From Candidatus Latescibacterota bacterium (lineage in GTDB: Bacteria > Latescibacterota > UBA2968 > UBA8231): a DNA stretch of 64,000 nucleotides. The notes under the pieces are model-generated. The model made no database searches, had not been told where the DNA came from, and saw only the letters and a list, made by a program, of their open reading frames with translations. This document shows positions 59,970 through 64,000 of the stretch, piece after piece. The stretch is from contig CBDFJF010000002.1 in NCBI GenBank assembly GCA_965248265.1, positions 3,936,001 to 4,000,000 on the forward strand, in the 5' to 3' direction. Positions within the stretch are counted from its first letter, which is position 1. The number at the start of each line of letters is the position of its first letter. A program made the translations under genes and the position numbers.

Positions 59970-60545
59970 CTAGTGGTCGGATGGCAGCGATTCCCATCCA
60001 GGTGGCAGAATCACCAGAGCCGCGCCGTCAGACAGGGTGTTATACAGCGCGCGCAAATCGGCGGGCCCGATGCGCAGCGAGGGTGGACGCGGATTACCGC
60101 GCTTGGATGAGGCGTGGATGAGCAGGCCGGTCGCAAAGTGGAGAGCACAAAACTCATCGGCATCGGAGACCAGGTACTGTTCCCAATCGAAGGGGCTCGA
60201 CGGCAACGGCGCGTAGGCGTGACTGAGCCTATAATGGCGAACATGAAGGGTCAGCCGGTCCTCGACGGAGTCAACCTCACCAATTTCGTCGAGGGCAATC
60301 GAGCAAACGCGCAGCAATGCCCGGTCCTGATGCAAGCGCAATTGCCCGGCTTCCCTGTCATAGGTCAGGAAGCTGTTCCCCGAGTCGATCTGGCGTAGAA
60401 CACTTCGCAATGCCGCATTGATCTGTTCCTGCTTCTCTTGCGGCGTTGATGACGAAGCCGGGGAGGAAGTGGACGTGTGAAATACCGTTGCCGACAGCAG
60501 CAGCGATATCCGCAGCAGGGGGCTCAATAGATATAAATGGGCCAT
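59970..60545 (-). CDS. Secreted L,D-transpeptidase-like protein lacking the catalytic Cys
   Basis: LLIHAS...PPSLRIGPADLRALY parallels the neighbour's YMIHGT...HGCVRVGSDDLRYLY. Confidence 0.65.
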   Translation of the reverse strand: MAHLYLLSPLLRISLLLSATVFHTSTSSPASSSTPQEKQEQINAALRSVLRQIDSGNSFLTYDREAGQLRLHQDRALLRVCSIALDEIGEVDSVEDRLTLHVRHYRLSHAYAPLPSSPFDWEQYLVSDADEFCALHFATGLLIHASSKRGNPRPPSLRIGPADLRALYNTLSDGAALVILPPGWESLPSDH

Positions 60546-61204
60546 CCCACCTTGGCCTCATCGTAGAGATAACGCAGATCATCCGAGCCTACCCGCACGC
60601 ACCCGTGGGTCATGTTCCTGCCGAGATTGACCTCGTAGAGCGTCCCGTGAATCATGTAATCCTTCGCGAAGTACAGGGCGTACTCCCCCAGGACGGCAGG
60701 TTGGAAGCGCCGCGGATCTTCCCCGAAAATGGGAACCTCTTCACCGGCCTCGATAAACTGCCAGACCGGCTTGACCCAAATCGGGTCCTCCACCTTGTCG
60801 ATAACGGCAAAGCGACCCCGGGGCGTGGCAAAGTGCCAGCGTTGGTTTTGGCCCGGTTTGGGCCCCTCGAAACGTCGCCCCGCGCCCGTCGAACACACCA
60901 CGTCGCGCGAAATCTCGCCATCCCCGGAGCGCACCTGCAGTCGATTATTGTGGGTATCGATGACGATGTAGGACGAGGGTTGGGCCGCCTGTCGCAACCG
61001 GCCCAACAACTCGGCGTGTTCAGCTCGAAGCGACTGGAGCGCCTCGGTGGTGGCGACGGCGGGTCGGTCCGCCATTATGATCATGGAGGCCGTGGCAACT
61101 ACCAGGAGGCACCTGGCCAGGATGCACCTGGATAGCAGCAGCACAGGCAAAAAAAAGACGGCCGGTGTAGCGCTACCCCGACCGTCTCCTAACTTCACAC
61201 CCAT
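60524..61204 (-). CDS. L,D-transpeptidase (YkuD family)
   Basis: IVID, CSTG, TPRGRF, P.W, IHGT, THGCVR. Start uncertain. Confidence 0.92.
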   Translation of the reverse strand: MGVKLGDGRGSATPAVFFLPVLLLSRCILARCLLVVATASMIIMADRPAVATTEALQSLRAEHAELLGRLRQAAQPSSYIVIDTHNNRLQVRSGDGEISRDVVCSTGAGRRFEGPKPGQNQRWHFATPRGRFAVIDKVEDPIWVKPVWQFIEAGEEVPIFGEDPRRFQPAVLGEYALYFAKDYMIHGTLYEVNLGRNMTHGCVRVGSDDLRYLYDEAKVGWPIYIY

Positions 61205-61212
61205 ACTGCCTG

Positions 61213-61851
61213 CTACATCCTCATGTACCAGGGCGTATTCTTTTCGACCAACTCATGATAGCGAGCCACAGCCTGATCCACTCCGCTGGAAACACCGCTG
61301 GCCTTGGCCGCAGCAGCCTTGGCTCCGGAGCTGGCAGCACCGAAATCCTCTCGGCTCGCCGCTGAACGTGCGGCGCTTAGAGCGGCGCCGGCGGCGTCAA
61401 GGTCGGCACCAAGCTGTTCCATGTCACCCTCAGTACCTTTGCCCGATGGTGCGCCACTGAGACTGGCGCGCGCCTTGGACACGGCGGCATCAGCGCTGGC
61501 GATTGCCGACTCGGCATCGCTCTTGGCGCGGCCCTTCGCCTTCGTCGCCGTGGATTTCGCTTGATCGGCTTTGTTTTTCGCATCGCTGATCAAAGGCTTA
61601 ACCGAGTCCCAGTCCTTGAACAACTTGCCATCCTGCTCTTTGTAGGCTCCATCCGCCTTGTTGTAGGCGCCTTCGGCCGAAGACAGTTCGGAGCTGGCGT
61701 ACTTGCCGGCGTCAGCTGACTTGGCGGCCTGAAGGGCCGCACTGGCCGCGTCCAACTCGGCCTTGGGCGGCTCGCCGCCGCAACCGACCGTGATTGCTGC
61801 ACCCAGCAGCGCGAGCAGCGTTACGCGCATTTTCATCGTGGTGACCTCCAA
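61213..61851 (-). CDS. Ala-rich helical lipoprotein (DUF4398-like)
   Basis: Lipobox TVGC; PPKAELDAASAALQAAKSADAGKYA. Confidence 0.8.
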   Translation of the reverse strand: MEVTTMKMRVTLLALLGAAITVGCGGEPPKAELDAASAALQAAKSADAGKYASSELSSAEGAYNKADGAYKEQDGKLFKDWDSVKPLISDAKNKADQAKSTATKAKGRAKSDAESAIASADAAVSKARASLSGAPSGKGTEGDMEQLGADLDAAGAALSAARSAASREDFGAASSGAKAAAAKASGVSSGVDQAVARYHELVEKNTPWYMRM

Positions 61852-61963
61852 CCCGGTTATTAGTGACCATGGCTCCCTATGATCGGTTCCCCATGATCGT
61901 GCCCTAACTAGAATAAAAACAATCTAAAACCTGAGCCAATCTGTTGTCAAGGGATTTCGACCC

Positions 61964-62269
61964 TCAGCTGCTGAGACCAGGAGAGTTCGGGTCGTTTCTG
62001 TGGCGAGCCGTCTCCTCCTGAACCTCCTCATGGATCTCCTGGTATTCTCGTTGCAGGCGCTGCAACTCCTCCTTTGCCGGTCCGATCTCGCCTCGGGCAT
62101 GCCCCAATTCGGCCTCGGCTTCTTCGATTCTGTTGCGCAGATCCGCCTTCGTCTTCTCGATGCGATCGATCCGCGGCTCGATCACTTTCTTGTACTTCAC
62201 GTAATCGACGACCACCTGCACGCCGAAGAAGACACACCCAACCGCCAATAATGCAATGACCCATTCCAT
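61964..62269 (-). CDS. Membrane-anchored coiled-coil protein
   Basis: N-terminal TM followed by heptad repeats. Confidence 0.7.
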   Translation of the reverse strand: MEWVIALLAVGCVFFGVQVVVDYVKYKKVIEPRIDRIEKTKADLRNRIEEAEAELGHARGEIGPAKEELQRLQREYQEIHEEVQEETARHRNDPNSPGLSS

Positions 62270-62283
62270 GGATTTTTCTTCGT

Positions 62284-62502
62284 TTACCTCAACTCGGGAG
62301 GCCCATCATCCACTTCTTCGACCCCGCCGTAGTCCTCATCTTCGGCACCCGGCACGTCATATATCCAACCGCATTCGGGGCACAGCGGTTCTTCCGCCTC
62401 CCTGACTGTGAAGCACTCCGGACATCGTGGACGTTTCGGAACCAGATATTTCAGCACCACGGCCGCCAGAATCACGACGGCAAATAAGATGGTCAGGAGC
62501 AT
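62284..62502 (-). CDS. Small membrane-anchored zinc-ribbon protein
   Basis: TM helix, CPEC...CPECG, acidic tail. Confidence 0.7.
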   Translation of the reverse strand: MLLTILFAVVILAAVVLKYLVPKRPRCPECFTVREAEEPLCPECGWIYDVPGAEDEDYGGVEEVDDGPPELR

Positions 62503-62509
62503 TCACAAA

Positions 62510-62956
62510 TCACTGCCCGCGCGCCAACTGCAAAATGCGCTCGTCCGCCTCGCGTAGTCGTATCGAAAGGCTGCGAGAGATATTCAGGATCATCGTCATC
62601 TGGACGCGAGGCGAGCGCGTGAAGAAGGTGGTGAGTTCCTTCTTGGGAAACGCCAGAACACGGGAATCGCACTCGGCGCGGATATCCGCAGATCTCGGTA
62701 GAATATCGATCAGCGACATCTCGCCGAAAAAGTCCCCTGGCTGGTTCAAGACGGCCAGCAACACCGAGTTGCCACCATCCTGTTTCTCCACCCTGACCGC
62801 CCCCTCCTCCAGAATGAACAGGCAGTCGCTGCTGGTACCCTCCTCGACGACCAGATGACCTGCCCCATACGAGCGCGGCTCGCCGATGCCGATGAGGTCG
62901 GCGGCCTCTTCATCGGTCAATCCCACCAACAGCGGTGAATCGCGTTCGAGTCCCAT
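62510..62956 (-). CDS. Stand-alone cyclic-nucleotide-binding domain protein
   Basis: FILEEGAVRV, GDFFGEMSLIDILPRSADIRA; no HTH. Confidence 0.9.
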   Translation of the reverse strand: MGLERDSPLLVGLTDEEAADLIGIGEPRSYGAGHLVVEEGTSSDCLFILEEGAVRVEKQDGGNSVLLAVLNQPGDFFGEMSLIDILPRSADIRAECDSRVLAFPKKELTTFFTRSPRVQMTMILNISRSLSIRLREADERILQLARGQ

Positions 62957-63059
62957 CCTGACCCATCTCAATCGTCTAACATGAACCGACGTATCTCGTT
63001 GTCCTCTCGCAATATAGCCGCTCAATCCGAAATTGGTCAAGGACTGCGAGCATGGGTGC

Positions 63060-63959
63060 CTACTGTGCCGAATTGACCCCCTCGCGTCTCTTTTGGGCCT
63101 TCTTGATGCTCCGCCGCCGACTCCACCGACCTCTTTTCACCCGACGGCGACGACCCAGGGGTGGTTGTACCAACCCTTCATCCTCCAGATCTTCGAGGAC
63201 ATGGTTCAGCCGGTCCGGGTAGTTGGTGATGATGCCGTGGATGCCCATCTGAACCAGATCACGCATGGCGATCTCCTCGTTTACCGTCCACGTCCAGACC
63301 GAGAGCGCTCTGCGGCGCATCTCCTCGAGCAACGCCGGCGTGACCACGTTGTGCCACAGACCGATGGAATTGGCGCCGATGGCCAGCACGTCGCGGACCA
63401 TCCGGCGAGCACGGACGCGCGACGGGGTCGTCGGCAGGTTTCCCATCAGCAAGGCTGTGGGAATGGATGGTTCGAGCAGCTTGATGCGCTTGATCGTCTG
63501 CTGATTGAAGGACTGGATGACGACCTGAGAAACAGCGTCCATCTCAACTATGGTCTGCAGAACTCTCTCGGCCAGGTAGTCGGCCTTGATCTCGACCAAG
63601 ACCAGAGCCCGGTGGCGTGCCAGGTCCAACACCTCATCGAGAGTGGGCACGCGCTCATTCTTGAACTGACCTCCACACCAGGAACCGGCGTCGGCCTCTC
63701 TGATCTCGTCGAAGGTCAGCTCCCTGACAACGCCGAAGCGATCCGTGGTCCGATCCAGGGTCGCGTCGTGAATGACGATGATGCGATTGTCCAGGGTCGC
63801 ATGCACATCGACCTCGAGCACATCGACGCCGATCTGGATCGCCTTCTCGAAAGCAGCCAGCGTGTTTTCGGGGGCGAGGCCATCCCCCGAGGCCCCACGG
63901 TGAGCTATGCGGACTGGGTGAATCACCTCAAGCTCCGAATTTCTGCAGGCGTCGGGCAT
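63060..63959 (-). CDS. Glycerophosphodiester phosphodiesterase
   Basis: IAHRGAS, PENTLAAF, EVDV, IHD, VEIK, WTVN, IITNYP. Start uncertain. Confidence 0.94.
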   Translation of the reverse strand: MPDACRNSELEVIHPVRIAHRGASGDGLAPENTLAAFEKAIQIGVDVLEVDVHATLDNRIIVIHDATLDRTTDRFGVVRELTFDEIREADAGSWCGGQFKNERVPTLDEVLDLARHRALVLVEIKADYLAERVLQTIVEMDAVSQVVIQSFNQQTIKRIKLLEPSIPTALLMGNLPTTPSRVRARRMVRDVLAIGANSIGLWHNVVTPALLEEMRRRALSVWTWTVNEEIAMRDLVQMGIHGIITNYPDRLNHVLEDLEDEGLVQPPLGRRRRVKRGRWSRRRSIKKAQKRREGVNSAQ

Positions 63960-64000
63960 GGGCCAAGGCCAACGCCATCAACGAGGTGGAAGGTAATTGC

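Overview
GC-rich bacterial chromosome. The gene content (LptE, DsbD, CtpA, HEAT lipoproteins) indicates a diderm; an FCB/Latescibacterota-like host is only my impression. Bases 1-4369 are the right arm of an element integrated at the 3' end of tRNA-Thr(TGT). It carries a compact candidate replication module: a conserved-looking hypothetical protein, a Klenow-type family A DNA polymerase with no 5' nuclease, a 22-bp iteron-like pair with a hairpin and AT-richer tract, a winged-HTH protein, a 63-aa SH3-like protein ending in the beta-clamp motif QLSLF, and an excisionase. No primase, helicase, capsid or integrase gene is visible in the window. The rest is mostly housekeeping and metabolic genes (pgi, aroA, rarA, gdhA, lipA, mnmG, adk, dus, nfo, hemJ). 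Exceptions are a FadR-linked corrinoid methyl-transfer cluster (31.5-40.2 kb), an HDOD / ATPase-less histidine kinase / NTT-HEAT-cNMP operon, an L,D-transpeptidase cluster with a Cys-less paralog, and a 162-bp CTAG-flanked MITE. All product calls come from motif recognition by eye; no database search was run.
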